DNA of 64,000 bases, taken from positions 24,924,001-24,988,000 of the forward strand of contig NC_135901.1 in the NCBI RefSeq assembly GCF_964194155.1, read 5' to 3'. This stretch comes from Cetorhinus maximus (taxonomy: Eukaryota). Each line of letters starts with the position of its first letter. The first letter of the stretch is position 1. Shown in pieces: positions 1-13,134 of the stretch. The notes beneath the pieces are model-generated. The model saw nothing but the letters and a program-made list of their open reading frames with translations, was not told where the DNA came from and did not search any database. The position numbers and the translations under genes were made by a program.

Positions 1-570
1 CATTGAGCAGGTTATTGCTAAGCAAGTGCTGCTTGATAGCACTGTTGATGACCCCTTCCACCGCTTTCCTGATTATCAAGATTAGACTGATGAGTCTGCA
101 ATTGGCTGGGTTGGACTTTTCCTTTTTGTGTGCAGGACAAACCTGGGCAATCTTCCACATAGCCAGGTAGATGCCAGTGTTGTATCTGTACTGGAACAGC
201 TTGGCTAGGGGCATGGCAAGTTCTGGAGCACAAGTCTTCAGTGCTATTGCCGGAATGTTGTCAGGACCCATAGCCTTTGCAGTATCCACTGCCTTCAGCC
301 ATTTCTTGATATCACCTGGAGTGAATTGAATTGGTTGAAGACTGGCATCTGTGATTCTGGGGACCTCAGGAAGAGGCTGAGCTGGATCACCCACTCAGCA
401 CTTCTGGCTGAGAATTGTTGCAAATTCTTCAGCCTTATCTTTAGCACTGATGTGCTGGGTTCCCCCATCATTAAGGGTGGAGATATTTGTGGAGCCTCCT
501 CCTCCAGTGACTTGTTTAATTGCCCACCATTGTTCACGACTGGATATGGCAGGACTGCAGAGCTTAGATC
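1..570 (-). mobile_element. Decayed LINE ORF2 fragment (family 'A'); continues at 2254-2440 and about 3199-3610
   Basis: Minus-strand remnants such as TLNDGGTQHISAKDKAEEFATILSQKC and an NYRPISL-like segment. Sequence reads through (..cttagatc|tgaaccattgg..) once the 571-2253 insert is removed. Confidence 0.75.
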
Positions 571-2253
571 TGTCAGGAAGATACAATTATTATTATAATG
601 TTATTGTAAAATAGAGTAACAGTGGGATGTGTTTATGTGTCTATATGTGTCTGCGTGTGTGTGATACTTAATTGAATCAGAGGCAACTAGTCTGGATTCT
701 TTTATGTAAGAAGAGAAGTTCGGTTTGAAAGATTAATTTGATAAACATAGTGAAGTTTAGAAACATAGGTGTCAAGAGAATATTTGCATTTTTGAATAAA
801 CCAGACTAGATTGTTTTCAAAAGATGGAGTGAAATGTGACACCTAGCCAGGTGAAGTTTAGAAAGAGTGTGTTTATTTTTCCCAAAGACTACTGGTAAAA
901 CTTAGTGGTATGAGAGATTTTATCAGAAACATAAAGTCCAACGACATAGTGAAACAATAGGAATTTGCATTCAATGGGGAAGAAATGTCTAAAGGAACGA
1001 AGGTTGCGTGTAAGGGAAAGCAGTCTAAGGTTCAATGAGTGTGAAAAACCTTTAGCATCTATGCCTCAAACTGCTGCCTTCAGGGGCTGAAGTTAAGAGA
1101 ACTCATTTGGATTCTTAATTTTAAAAAAAAAATTCATTCACGGGATGCGGGCTTCACTGACTGGGCCAGCATTTATTACCCATCCCTAGTTGCCCTTGAG
1201 AAGGTGGTGGTGAGCTGCTTTCTTGAACCACTGCAGTTCATGTGGTGTAGGTACACCTACGGTGCTGTTAGGAAGGGAGTTCCAGGATTTTGACCCAGCG
1301 ACAGTGAAGGAACAGTGATATATTTCCAGGTCAGGTTGGTCAGTGACTTGGAGGGGAACTTCTAGGTGGTGGTGTTCCCATCTATCTGCTGCCCTTTTCC
1401 TTCTAGATGGTAGAAGTCATTGGTTTGGAAGGTGCTGTTGAAGTTGCCTTGGTGAATTCCTGCAGTGCATCTAATAGATGGTACACACTGCTATTACTGT
1501 GCGTCAGTGGTGGAGGGAGTGAATGTTTGTGGATGTGGTGCCAATCAAGCAGGCTGCTTTATCCTGGATCGTGTCCAGCTTCTTCAGTGTTGTATGAGCT
1601 GCACTCATCCAGGCAAGTGGAGAGTATTCCATCACACTCCTTACTTGTGCCTTGTAGATGATGGACAGGCTTTGGGGAGTCAGGAGGTGAGTTACTTGTC
1701 GCACAACCTGCTCTTGTAGCCACAGTATTTATATGGCTAGTCCAGTTCAGTTTCTGGTCAATGCTAACCCCCAGGATAGTGGGGAATTCAGTGATGGTAA
1801 TGCCATTGAATGTCAAGGGGCGATGGTTAGATTCTCTCTTGTTTGAGATAGTCATTGCCTGACACTTATGTGGCACGAATGTTACTTGCCACTTGTCAGC
1901 CCAAGCCTGGATGCTGTTCAGGGTATGGTTTATTTTGCCTGGGACTTAGGAAAGTATGTGTCTTACTGTTGCCTTAATGAAAGTGCAACTGGGAGTCAGA
2001 TTAAGCAGGGGATTTACAAGTTATCAAAGTAGTAATTTATAGATCTATGTATGTATTTAAAGTCATTTCTTTTATTAATAAATGTTTAATCTAGTTTTGT
2101 AAAAACCAGTAAGACTTGGTGGTCTTATTACTACTGAATTCAAGGCACGCATCTCAAAATGTAAACAAATTGCAAAAGAAGTTGTGGCAGTTGCTTCAAG
2201 TTCCCCTTTTGGATTTGAACAACTCAGCATTTACCATCGGCTGTGCCATAACA
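571..2253 (+). mobile_element. Solo LTR (about 0.9 kb net), interrupted by a LINE fragment
   Basis: Starts TGT (571), ends ACA (2253), flanked by 4-bp TSD GATC (567-570 and 2254-2257). AATAAA at 2077-2082. Non-coding; homologous to 18738-19942 (-). Confidence 0.8.
1120..1922 (-). mobile_element. 3' fragment of LINE family A inserted in the solo LTR
   Basis: C-terminal ORF2 remnants (YKAQVRSVMEYSPLAW..KLDTIQDKAACLI) followed by the family tail gggcaactagggatgggtaataaatgctggcc..catcccgtgaatgaat. Confidence 0.8.
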
Positions 2254-2440
2254 GATCTGAACCATTGGTTGTGGAATCGCTTAGCTCTGTCTATCACTTG
2301 CTGCTTATGCTGTTTGGAACTCAAATAATCCTGTGTTGTAGCTTCAGCAGGTTGACACCTCATTTTTACATATGCCTTGTGTTGCTCCTGGTATGCCACC
2401 TACACACTTGATTGAAGCAGGGTTGATCCCCTTGATGGTA

Positions 2441-3197
2441 ATAAGACCATAAGACATCGGAGCAGAAATTAGGCCATTCCGCCCATCGAGTCTGCTCCGC
2501 CATTCAATCATGGCTGATAAGTTTCTCAACCCCATTCTCCCGCCTTCTCCCCGTAACCTTTGATCCCCTTACCAATCAAGAACCTATCTATCTCGGTCTT
2601 AAATACACTCAATGACCTGGCCTCCATAGCCTTCTGTGGCAATGAATTCCATAGATTCACCACTCTCTGGCTAAAGAAGTTTCTCCTCATCTCTGTTCTA
2701 AAAGATCTTCCCTTTACTCTGAGGCTCTGCCCTCGGGTCCCAGTCTCTCCTACTAATAGAAACATCTTCCCCATGTCCACTCTGTCCAGGCCTTTCAGTA
2801 TTCTGTAAGTTTCAATCAGATCCCCCCTCATCCTTCTAAACTCCATTGAGTATAGACCCAGAGTCCTCAAACATTCCTCATATGTTAAGCCTTTCATTCC
2901 TGGGATCATTCTCGTGAACCTCCTCTGGACCCTCTCCAGGGCCAGCACATCCTTCCTGAGGTAAGGGGCCCAAAATTGCTCACAATATTCTAAATGTGGT
3001 CTGACCAGAGCCTTATAAAGCCTCAGCAGCACATCCCTGCTTTTATATTCTAGTCCTCTCGAAATAAGTGCCAACATTGCATTTGCCTTCCTAACTACCG
3101 ACTCAACCTGCAAGTTAACATTAAGAGAATCCTGGAATAGGACTCCCAAGTCCCTCTGCACTCCAGATTTCCGAATTCTCTCCCCATTTAGAAAATA
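2441..3197 (-). mobile_element. Young 5'-truncated CR1 LINE
   Basis: Uninterrupted ORF 2526-3161 with CR1 C-terminal motifs (QRDLGV, LYKALVRPHLEYC, LERVQRRFTRMIPG, RRMRGDLIE, VVNLWNSLP). 3' short-repeat tail tgtcttatggtcttat. Confidence 0.9.
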
Positions 3198-3611
3198 GTA
3201 ATGGTAGAGTGGGTGATATACCAGGGCATGAGGTTACAGATTATGGATGAGTACAATTCTGCTGCTGCTGATGGCCCACAGCGCCTCATGGTTGCCCAGT
3301 TTTGAGTTGTTCGATCTGTTCAAAACTTATCCCATTTCGCAAGCTGGTAGTTCCATACAACACGATGGAGGGTATCCTCAATGAGAAGACGGGACTTTTT
3401 CTCCACAAGGATTATATTCTGCGAATATGAGTGTGTCAGGCTGTTGCTTAACTTGTTTGTGAGCAGCTCTCCCAATTTTGGCACCAGATATTAGTAAGGA
3501 TGATGTTCCAGGGTCGACAGGGCTGAGTTTGCCATTGTCGCTTCCGGCCTAGGTTGATGCCAGGTGGTCTGTCTGGTTTCATTCCTTATCCAATTGCTGG
3601 TAATGGTTTGA

Positions 3612-3864
3612 CAGAGTCAACCACATTGCTGTAGGTCTGGAGTCACATGTAGGCCAGACCAGGTAAGGAAGGCAGATTTCCTTCCCTAAAGGGCATTAGT
3701 GACCCAGACCAGTTTTTAAGACAATCAAAAATGGTTTCATGGTTATCATTAGACTTTTAATTCCACCATCTGCCATGGTGGGATTACAATCCGGTTCCCA
3801 GAGCATTACCCTGGGTCTCTGGATTACTAGTCCAGTGAAAATGACACTATGCCACCACCTTCCC
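3612..3864 (-). mobile_element. tRNA-derived SINE, 5' portion
   Basis: Matches the head and body of the fuller copies at 18778-19114 and 52890-53247. Confidence 0.8.
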
Positions 3865-4019
3865 TATAACTGAAACCATTGTCTTCAGTCCCTTCTCCAT
3901 TCAATAGCCACTGACCCCATCCCTCCCCCTAGCAACTATCTGAGAATGAACCAGACTGTTCACAACATCGGTGTCATGTTTCACCCCAAACTGACCTTCC
4001 AACCACATATCTGCATCAT

Positions 4020-5185
4020 GTGAACATGCAAAATAGGAGCATAAGTAGGCGATTCGGCTCCTCAAGCCTGCTTCGCCATTCAATATAATTATGACTTTGA
4101 TTAGAGAACCTTTGATTCCCTTGCCTAACAAGAATCTATCTACCTCAAAAATATTTAATGACCCTGCCACCACTGACTTCTGAGGCAGAGTTCCAGAGTC
4201 GCAGAACCCTCAGAGAAAAAAATTCTCCTCATCTCTGTCCTGAAAGGGTGACTCCTAATTTTCAAACAACGCCCCTAGTTCTGGACTCACCCAAAAGAGG
4301 AAACATCCTTTGCAAGTCCATCTTGTCTAAATGATTCAGGATCTTATATACTTCAATCAAATGACCCCTCACTTTTCTAAACTCCAGTAGAAACAGGCCA
4401 GCCTGACCAACCTTTCCTCATAAGACAACCTGCTCAGTGCAGGTATCAATCGAGTAAACCTCCTCTGAACCGCATCAAACACATTTACATTCCTCCTTAA
4501 ATAAGGAGACCAAAAACTGCTCACAGTTTTTCAGATGTGGTCTCACCAATGCCCTGTATAACTGGCGTATAACATACTGACTTTTATGTTCAATCCATCT
4601 CGTAATAAAGAGAAGCTTCCATTCGCCTTCTAAATTACTTACTGTACCTGCATAATAATTTTTTGTGACTCATGCACTAGAACACCTAGATCCCTCTGCA
4701 CCTCAAAATTCTGTGTTATTCTCCATTTAAGTAACACTCTGCCTTTTTATTCTTCCTGCCAAAGTGAACAACTTCACATTTTCCCACATTATATTCCATT
4801 TGCCAGATCTTAGCCCACTTGCTCAACCTATTTATATGCATCTGCAATCTTCTCATGTCATCTTCACAACTTACTTTCCTACCTATCTTGGTGTCATCAG
4901 CAAATTTAGCTCCCATGACTTCGCTCCCCTCATCTAAGTAATTGATATAAATTGTTAAATGTTCAGGATCCAGCACAGACCCCTGCTGGACTCCACTCAT
5001 CACATCCTGACAATTAGAAAAATACCCATTTATGTATACTCTCTGTTTTCTGCCAGCCAGCCAATCTTCTATCCATGCTATGTTACCCATTACAACATGA
5101 GCTTTTATTTTCCACAATAATCTTTGGTGTGTCACCTTATCAAATGCCTTTTGGAAATCTTTTGTATTTCTACAGGTTCCCCTTT
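4020..5185 (-). mobile_element. Decayed CR1 LINE 3' part inserted in an L2 fragment
   Basis: RT motifs SGVQQGSVL, YINYL, KFADDTK, WQMEYNVGKC in ORF 4716-5135. Confidence 0.85.
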
Positions 5186-5690
5186 ATCATCACCAAGACC
5201 GCCCATTTCCACCTCATTGAAATTGTCCAACTCCATCCTCGTCTCAGTTCATCTACTGCTGAAACCCTCATCCATTCCTTTGTTACCTCAAGACTTAACT
5301 AACCTAACACACTCCCGGGTGGCCTTCCACATTAAACCTCCCTGTAATCTTGAGGTCATCCAAAACTCTGTTGCCCATGTGCTTACTTATACTAAGTCTT
5401 GTTCACCCATCATGCCTGTGCTTGCTGATCTTCAAAGGCTTCAGTTTAAGAAACACCTAAATTTTTAATTTCTCATCCCTGCTCTCAAATCCCTCCCTGT
5501 CTCTGTGATCTCCTCCAGTCTCGTACCCTCTAAGATAATTCTTAAAACCTACCTCTGTGACCAAACCTTTGCCCAAACATCTCTGTATGTGGGCTCATTG
5601 TCAAATGCTGCTTTACAAGACTTCAGTGAAACGCCTTGGAATGTTCTATTACATGAAAGGCACTATATAAATACATATCATTGTTGTTGA
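5186..5690 (+). mobile_element. L2-clade LINE 3' fragment (5' piece at about 3866-4019)
   Basis: ITKTAHFHL, AETLIHSFVTSRL, IQNSVAHVLT, SPIMPVLADL are typical L2 C-terminal motifs. Confidence 0.8.
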
Positions 5691-6082
5691 TTTGGACAGA
5701 TGTCACCGTTCCTTCATCATCACGGAGTGAAAATCTTGTAACTGCTTATCTCACGGCATTGTGGGGGCACCTTCACCACACGGGCTGCAACGGTTCAAGG
5801 TCAAACATCATCTTCTCCACAATTGTTGAACAAGTCTATGTCTCAATGATTCTTTACATAGATGGGAACATCACCACCTAGAAGTTCCCCTCCAAGTCAC
5901 TCACCAACCTGACCTGGAAATATAATCACTGTTCCTTCACTGTCGCTGGGTCAAAATCCTGGAACTCCCTTCCTAACAGCACAGTGGGTGCACCTACACC
6001 ACATAGACTGCAGCGGTTCAAGACGACAGCTCAGCACCACCTTGTCAAGGGCAACTAGGGATGGGCAATAAATGCCGGCCTC
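5691..6082 (+). mobile_element. Two LINE family A 3'-tail fragments
   Basis: gttccttcactgtcgctgggtcaaaatcctggaactccc..gggcaactagggatgggcaataaatgc, the same tail as in 1120-1922. Confidence 0.75.
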
Positions 6083-6084
6083 TC

Positions 6085-6545
6085 CCCAGAGTCGGACCCG
6101 AGCGAAACGGAAGAAACCGGGGACTCGGGGATAATATTCAGTTTTCTAGTCGCGTCTTACGTAGAAAATGTTGCCGGTTTTATTTTGGGCTCTGGATCCA
6201 CATTCGGTGTTTGTAAAACCTCCATTTTAAACCCGGTGCCTCAAACTCGCTCACCGTCTGTCGCCAAGGCACGCGCATGCTCAGATCACAATGCTCGGGG
6301 TGTGATTGACGGCAGCTCCGGACCAATAGGAAGAGGGGGCAGGACTGGAGGACCAAAAGCGAACGGCTGGTCCTCCAACCAATCGGAGTGAAAGAGGGGC
6401 GGGGCTGAACCTGGATGTCCCTCATTGGCTGAAAGTCTGCATCTTGAAAGCTGATCTGTCTCAAACTCCAGGCGAAAACTGGACCTTTCTGTTTGTGGCT
6501 TTAAACACCTGTGGGTGTGGAGCAAACATTTCAACATTTGTTAGT
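6085..6545 (-). promoter_or_regulatory. CpG-rich promoter-like region with the CCAAT/GC module
   Basis: CpG-enriched; cgcgcatgc (NRF1-like), two CCAAT boxes, ggggcgggg. Reverse-complement homologue of 21570-21790 and 39550-39840. Confidence 0.65.
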
Positions 6546-7779
6546 GAAATTGATTCATTCAGGACAAACAGCAGGGATTATTTCAGAAAATTACACAGTA
6601 GTGATTGTTTCTCTTTGAATTCACCCTTGGAGAACAGTGTGAATTAGTGGAAGAATTCACAGGCTGTTTAACGCTCCTTCCATGTCTGGAACTGTTTAGT
6701 TCCAGCGGATCTGCAGTTCCGGCTTCAACCTGGAGAGTTTCATGAGTTCCCACAACTCACGCAATGGGAGTGGACAGCTGGACCCGCCGGACACACCTAT
6801 CCTGTCTGATATCAACCCAGAATGAGCTGGAGAGCCGTCTCCACTCCCCAGGACTGTCTACAGTGGGGTTTCTGACACAGAGGCAGGAACGTCAATAGTT
6901 ATTTTTTTCAGTAATAGCCCTAAATGGTACAAGTTTCATTGAGCTGACATGATCTCTTCCTTTCTATATCCACTTCACTGTTTAAATAAAGTTTTGATTT
7001 TACTTCCGCAGCTTAATGGCAGCAGCGACATCATCAAACCACCTCCTTCCTTGTGAGAATGCAGAAATACAGTCGCTACAGAAACACATCCTTCTCTATC
7101 CTCTACCAAGTCTCTTCTCATCCTCTGAGAATCAAACTATTTCTAGCTCTGTCCAGTATTTTCATTATTCTTCAATGAAAGGTCTCTATTATTGCTTAGT
7201 TATTGTGAATCTAATCAAGCTGCTCCAATGTTCATTCTAATTCAGTTTGCGTTATGTTTAATCTTGGGCTATCACATCTGCTACTGCTTCTGCCTTATCT
7301 TCATGTTCAGCCTGGTTTCACTGGAGTGAGCTTCCTGTGGCCAGAATTCAGTTAAACGACCTGTTCAGCTGCATGTATTCTCTCAGTGCCCAAGTGCCTG
7401 TGTTAGTCATTTGGTCATTGTTTAATACTTCATCAGCAGTCTCTCGATTCAAGGATGACACCTACTCAGCCTGGTGAGTATCTGCCATGGATCTCCTTGT
7501 GACTGAACAGACTGATTCTCGACCTGCAGATCTTTGGCCTCATGGGGCTGGACATCCATGAAGTATTGGGATCTGGAGCGCAGCATTTGCTTCCACTTCT
7601 TTCCTTCTCTGCTGCTGCTCTGCCTCATCATGAAGATGTTGTGACTCAAAGTGTGATGCAGTTTGATGGAAAAATTGTCTCCATTCTGAACAATTGGGAG
7701 AAAGCTCCTCCAGGTCATTAAGGTCAATGCTGCTGCACTACAAGGTGAGCAGGCTGCAGAAAATTGCTTTGTATTTCAT

Positions 7780-8160
7780 TAAATATTGAAGTTTCAGGAT
7801 GATATGATGCTGGTTTTTAAAATGACCAATGTGCTTGTGAGGATAGATATAGGGAAACTATTTGCTTTGCTGGGGAATCCAGAACAAGAAGGCATAATCA
7901 AAACAATAGAACCTGGAGTGAAATCAGGAACAACGTGTTCAGACAAAGGTGGTGGAAATCAGGACCAAACTCCCCAGAACCTGTGGATGCTGGGGTTCAA
8001 TTGAATTTCTCAAGGCATGAACCGATCGAATTTTGTTCAGTAAATATATCAGAGTAATTTGATCCAAGATGGGAAAAGGGAGGTGTGGTGCAGATCAGCC
8101 ATGATCTAATAGAACGGTGGAGCAGGCTTGAGGGGCTGAATGGCTTGCTTCTGTTCCTGT
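7780..8160 (+). mobile_element. Old CR1 3' end remnant
   Basis: cagatcagccatgatctaatagaacggtggagcaggcttgaggggctgaatggc matches the CR1 3' UTR of other copies in the window. Confidence 0.6.
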
Positions 8161-8339
8161 GTGCTGGCTGCAATCGCTCCAGCAAGGAGTGCCCAAGAAA
8201 GGGGGCAGTTTGTAATGTCCCTATGGGGTGCAGTGTGTTCAGCATCTGACTCTGATTTGCCTTCTCTCATCAAGCTCCAGGGAGCAGTCACTCTCCTCTC
8301 AAATGGAGTTTAAAGGAAGGGCCGCTCCATTTGACACAG

Positions 8340-9500
8340 GTGATACTTGGGATTTTGGTGTCACTAACAAGACCAGCAGCAGATATTGCCCATGCCCAGT
8401 TACCTGTGGGGAAGATGATGTTTGACCTTCTTGAACCGCTGCAGTCTGTGTGATGGTGCTCCCACAATGCTACTAGATAAGGAGGTACAGAATTTTCAGC
8501 CAGTGAGGATAAAGGAACAGTGATATATGTCCAAACCAACAATAATTTATATTTATATAGCATCTTCAATGTAATATAATGTTCCAAGGCATTTTGCAGA
8601 AATATTACAAAGCAACATTTGACACCAAGCCACTGTAAGGAGAAATTAGGGAAGGTGACCAAAGCTTTGTGAAAGAGGTAGGTTAAGGAGAATCTTAAAG
8701 GAGAAAAGCGAGCAGAGATGTGGAGAGGTTTCGGGAGGAAATTCCAGAGCTTGGGGCTTCGGAAACTTAAAGAATGGACAAGAATGGCCAAGAGATCAGC
8801 GCAGACATCTCGGAGGGTTGTGGGACTGGAGGACATCACAGGGATAGGAATGATCACAGCCACAGATGGATTTGAAAACAAGGACGAGAATTTCAAAATG
8901 TTGGTGCTTCTTAAACAGGAGCCTTTGTAGGTCAGTGAGCACAGGGGTGATGGGTGAACAAGACTTACTGAAAGTAAACACATGGGCAGCAGAGTGTTGA
9001 ATCATCTCAAGATTACTGGTGGGTGAATGTGGGAGGCCGGCCTGGGGTGTGTTAGTATAGTTAAGTCTCGAGATAATAAAAAAATGGATGAGAGTTTCAG
9101 AAGCAGATGAGCTGAGACAAGGACAGGGTTGGGTGATGTTACTGAGGTGGAAATAGGCGGTCTTGGTGATAATGGAAATATGTGAATGGAAGTTAAGTTT
9201 GAAATATGACACCAAGTTTGTGAAGAGTCTGGTGCAGCCTTAGACAGTTGCCGAGGAGAGGGAAGGAGTCAGTGGCTAGGGAGTGGAGTTTGTAGCGGGG
9301 ACTGAAGACAATGGCTTTAATTTTTTCAATATTTAATTGGAGGACATTTCTGTTCATCCAGTACTGGATGTCAGACAAGTCAGGACTTGTGTGACTTGGA
9401 GGGGAACTTGGAAATGATGGTGTTCACATTCACCTGTTACCCTGTTCCTTCTAGGTGATGTAGATTAAGGGTTTGGAAGGTTCTGCTAATGTTCTAGTCG
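8340..9500 (-). mobile_element. L2 3' fragment with adjoining LINE-A tail pieces, upstream of ZF1
   Basis: ORFs 8796-9215 and 9193-9378 carry SDIQYWMNRN, ITKTAYFHL, ETLIHFFIISRL. The same composite block occurs at 5186-5820, 24370-25310 and 56880-57930. Confidence 0.8.
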
Positions 9501-9960
9501 AGTTGATATGAAATCCCTCTCCTTCACCCCTGCCACTCCCATCTCTCTCTCTCCCTTTTTACCCCTCTGCATCTCTCTCACCCACACACCTCTCTCTCTC
9601 TCTCGCTCTGTCCCTCCTCCCTTAGAGGCCAGGGTCTTGTTAAGGCCCAGACTGGATGATAGGTTCCCTTCCCTGACGAACATTAGTGAACCAGTTGAAT
9701 TGTTATGACAATCCAGCAGATTTCAATGTCATTTTTCCCCAGTGCTAGTCCCACAAATTCACAGATTTTAAGCCCAATTTCACAATCTGCTTTTTGTGTT
9801 TTTGTGGGTTCTCTCTCACTCCTTTTTTTCTGTTTTAAGTCAGTTTCACAGGGTATTAGAAGGGGAGGATTTGCAGTTGAAAAACTCAAACCAAACATCA
9901 CATCAGGATCTGACGTAGTCGCCCAATTTATCGTAACCTGAATATCATTGGACTTTAAAT

Positions 9961-10988
9961 ATGGAAGGGAAAAGCCCCTTTCACAGCGGGGAGAAACGTG
10001 TACACATGTTCTGAGCGTGGACAAGGATTCAGAGGATCATCTCGCCTGTTGAAATACAAGTGCAGTTACACTGGGGAGAATCTGGAAATGTGGGGAATGT
10101 GAGGAGGGATTTAGCTACCTGGAAGCTGGAAATTCACCAATGCAGTCACACTGGGGAGGGGCCATTAAGCAGCTCCACGTGTGGGAAGGGATTCACTCAT
10201 ACATCCACCCCGCTGAGATGCCAGTGAGTTCACACTGGGGAGAAACCTATTAAATGCCCAGTCTGTGGGAAGTGCTATAAAAGTTCCAGCGAACTGATGT
10301 CTCATCAACATGTTCACACTGACAAGAGACCCTTCAGGTGCTCTCACTGTGGAACTGAGTTCAGGCGATCATATCACTGTACACAAACAAATTCATACTT
10401 GGGAGAAGCCATTCACCTGCTCTAAGCATGGGAGGGGATTCACTCAATCATCTCACCTCATGGCACACCGGCAAGTTCACACTGAGAAAAGACCTTTTAA
10501 ATGCCCAGACTGTGGGAAGTCCTATAAAAGTTCTGGGGACCTGATGCTCTATCAACTTGTTCACACTGATGAGAGACCATTCAAGTGCTGTCACTTTGGG
10601 ACTGGTTTCAAGCGATCATCTTACCTCACTGCACACCAGCGAGTTCACACTGGGGAAAAATTGATCACCTGCTCTGAGTGTGGGAAGAGATTCACTCAGT
10701 TACCCTCCATGCTGTCACACCCGCGAGTTCACACTAACGAGAGACCTTTTAAATGCTCAGAATGTGGGAACTGCTGTAAAAGTTCTGGGCAACGGATGCT
10801 CCATCAATGTGTTCGCACTGATGAGGCCCTTCAGGTGTTCTCACTATGGGACTGTGTTCAGGCGATCATCTCATCTCACTGTACACCAGAGAATTCACAC
10901 TGGGGAGAGACCATTCACCTGCTCCGAGTGTGGGAAGAGATTCACTCAGGAATCGCACCTCATGGCACACCACCGAGTTCGCAAGTGA
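9961..10988 (+). pseudogene. ZF1: C2H2 zinc-finger pseudogene (about 12 ancestral fingers)
   Basis: Starts atggaagggaaaagc like its paralogues. Several frameshifts, a CAG TGA GTT stop near 10228 and lost Cys/His ligands. Ends cgcaagtga; AATAAA at 11113-11118. Confidence 0.9.
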
Positions 10989-11249
10989 CTGTTAGAGCTC
11001 GATTTTGCTGTTAATCACATCCAGGATGTCACCATGTTCATTAGGGTCTTTTTCTGCGGATGCTAATAAATTCCAGCCCTGTTATAGATGTTAATCATCT
11101 GAATAAAAGTCAAATAAATCAGCTTTTTGTTAAACACATAGCCTGTCGAATCTTTTTAATATCTTTAACACAAGTTACTTCCTTTTTAAGTGCTCTCCCT
11201 CTCCCCTGTCTCCTCCATTCTCATCTCCAACAACAAGTGTGAGGAGCTG

Positions 11250-11396
11250 AAATAAAAACAGAAAGTGCTGGAAATAAATAAACTCTGCAGGTCTGGCAGT
11301 ATCTGCCAGAAAGTAGCAGGTTAATGATTCGAGTCCAATATGACTCATCTTCGGGACCCTACTCTTCTGGAGAGTCATGTTGGACTCGAAACGTTC
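11250..11396. mobile_element. Short Penelope-like end fragment with an inverted hammerhead stem-II region
   Basis: Minus arm ttcgagtccaatatgactc followed by plus arm gagtcatgttggactcgaaacgtt. Confidence 0.65.
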
Positions 11397-11917
11397 ATTT
11401 TGTTGACATACATTGCCTCCTGATCAAACAAGGCTTCGATTTTTAAATTTGCATCCTTGTTTTCAAATCCTTTCATGACCTCATCCTTTCCTGTCTCTGT
11501 AATCTCCAGTCTCACAATCCTCTGAGATATATGAAATCCCCCTCCTTTGCCCCCTGCCTCTCCAATCACTCCTCCCACAGGGACTGGAATCACGTTTAGG
11601 CCCAGATCAGGTGGCTATTCCCTTCCCTGGTGGATATTATTGAACCCAGTTCAGTTTCTGATGACGATTTAACAATTTTCATTGTCACTTTTTCCTAGTG
11701 CCGGCCCCAAAAATTACCACGTTCATTCAGCTGAATTTCACAACCTGCATTTGTGTTTTTTTGGGTTCTCTCACTCCCTTTTTTCTGGTTCAAATAAATT
11801 TCAGAGGGGATTAAGGAGAAGTATTTTCAGTCCAGAAACTCAAAGTAAGCATCACATCAGGATTGGAGAGAGTCGCCCAATTTATCCTAAACTGAATATC
11901 ATCCTCAGATTTTGAAC

Positions 11918-12841
11918 ATGGAAGGAAAAAGTGCCGTTCACAGTGGGGAGAAACAGTACACGTGTTGTGTGTGTGGACGAGGCTTCCGCCGATCATCTGG
12001 CCTATTGAAACACAAGTGCAGTCACTCCAGGGAGAAACCATGGAAATGTGATGATTGTGGGAAGGAATTCAGCTACCCATCTGAACTGAAAATTCATCGG
12101 CACCGTCACACCCGGGAGAGACAGTTCACCTGCTCTGAGCGTGGGAAGGGATTCATTCAGTCATCCCAACTGCTGAGACACCAACGGGTTCACACTGGGG
12201 AGAGGCCGTTCAGCTGCTCCCTGTGTGAGAAGGGATTTACTCAGTCATTGCAGCTGCTAATACACCAGCATGTTCACACTGGGGAGATGTTATTCGCATG
12301 CTCCCTGTGTGGGAAAAGATTCACTCAGTCATTGCACCTGCTGATACACCAGCAAGTTCGCACTGGGAAGAGGCCATTCACCTGCTCTGTATGTGGGAAG
12401 GGATTCACTCAGCCATCCCACTTGCGAGTTCACACTGGGGAGCGGCCATTCACCTGTTATGAGTGTGGGAATGGATTCACTCGGTCATCCCATCTGCTCA
12501 CACACCAGCGAGTTCACACTGCAGAGAGGCCATTCACTTGCTCCGTGTGTGGGAAGGGATTCACTCAGTCATCCCACCTGCTGGAACACCAGCGAGTTCA
12601 CACTCTGGAGAGACCGTTCAACTGCTCCAAATGTGGGAAGGAATTCTCTCAGCCATCCTCCCTGCTGAGACACAAGCAAATTCACACTGAGAGGCCTTTT
12701 AAATGCCCAGAATGTGGGAAGTGCTATAAAAGTTCTGGGGAACTGATGTCCCATCAACTTATTCACACTCAGGAGAGACCATTCAGGTGCTCTCGCTGTG
12801 GGACTGGGTTCAGCCGGTCAGACAAACTCACTGTTCACTAG
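11918..12841 (+). pseudogene. ZF2: decaying C2H2 zinc-finger gene (12 ancestral fingers, premature TAG)
   Basis: [19 protein letters not shown]... Finger 3 has C>R, finger 5 H>R and finger 6 an internal deletion. TAG falls in finger 11; one more finger follows to cacaaataa at 12940. AATAAA at 13065-13070. Could still make a truncated protein. Confidence 0.8.
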
Positions 12842-13134
12842 CGCACTCGCACTAGGCAGAGACCATTCACCTGCTCTGTGTGCAGGAAGAGATTCACTCA
12901 GTCACTGGCACTGCTGAGACACCAGAGAATTCACAAATAACTACAGTGGCTGATTTGGCTGTTAATCACATCCATCACTGGAGTATGTTCATTGGTGCCT
13001 GTTTCTGCTGATGTCAATAAACTCCAGTCTACTTATAGGGCTTAATATTCAGGGTAAAAAGTCAAATAAATCAACTTTGTGTTAAACACACTGTGATGAG
13101 TTTTAAAAAATATATCTCTAGCATAAGTTAGTTC

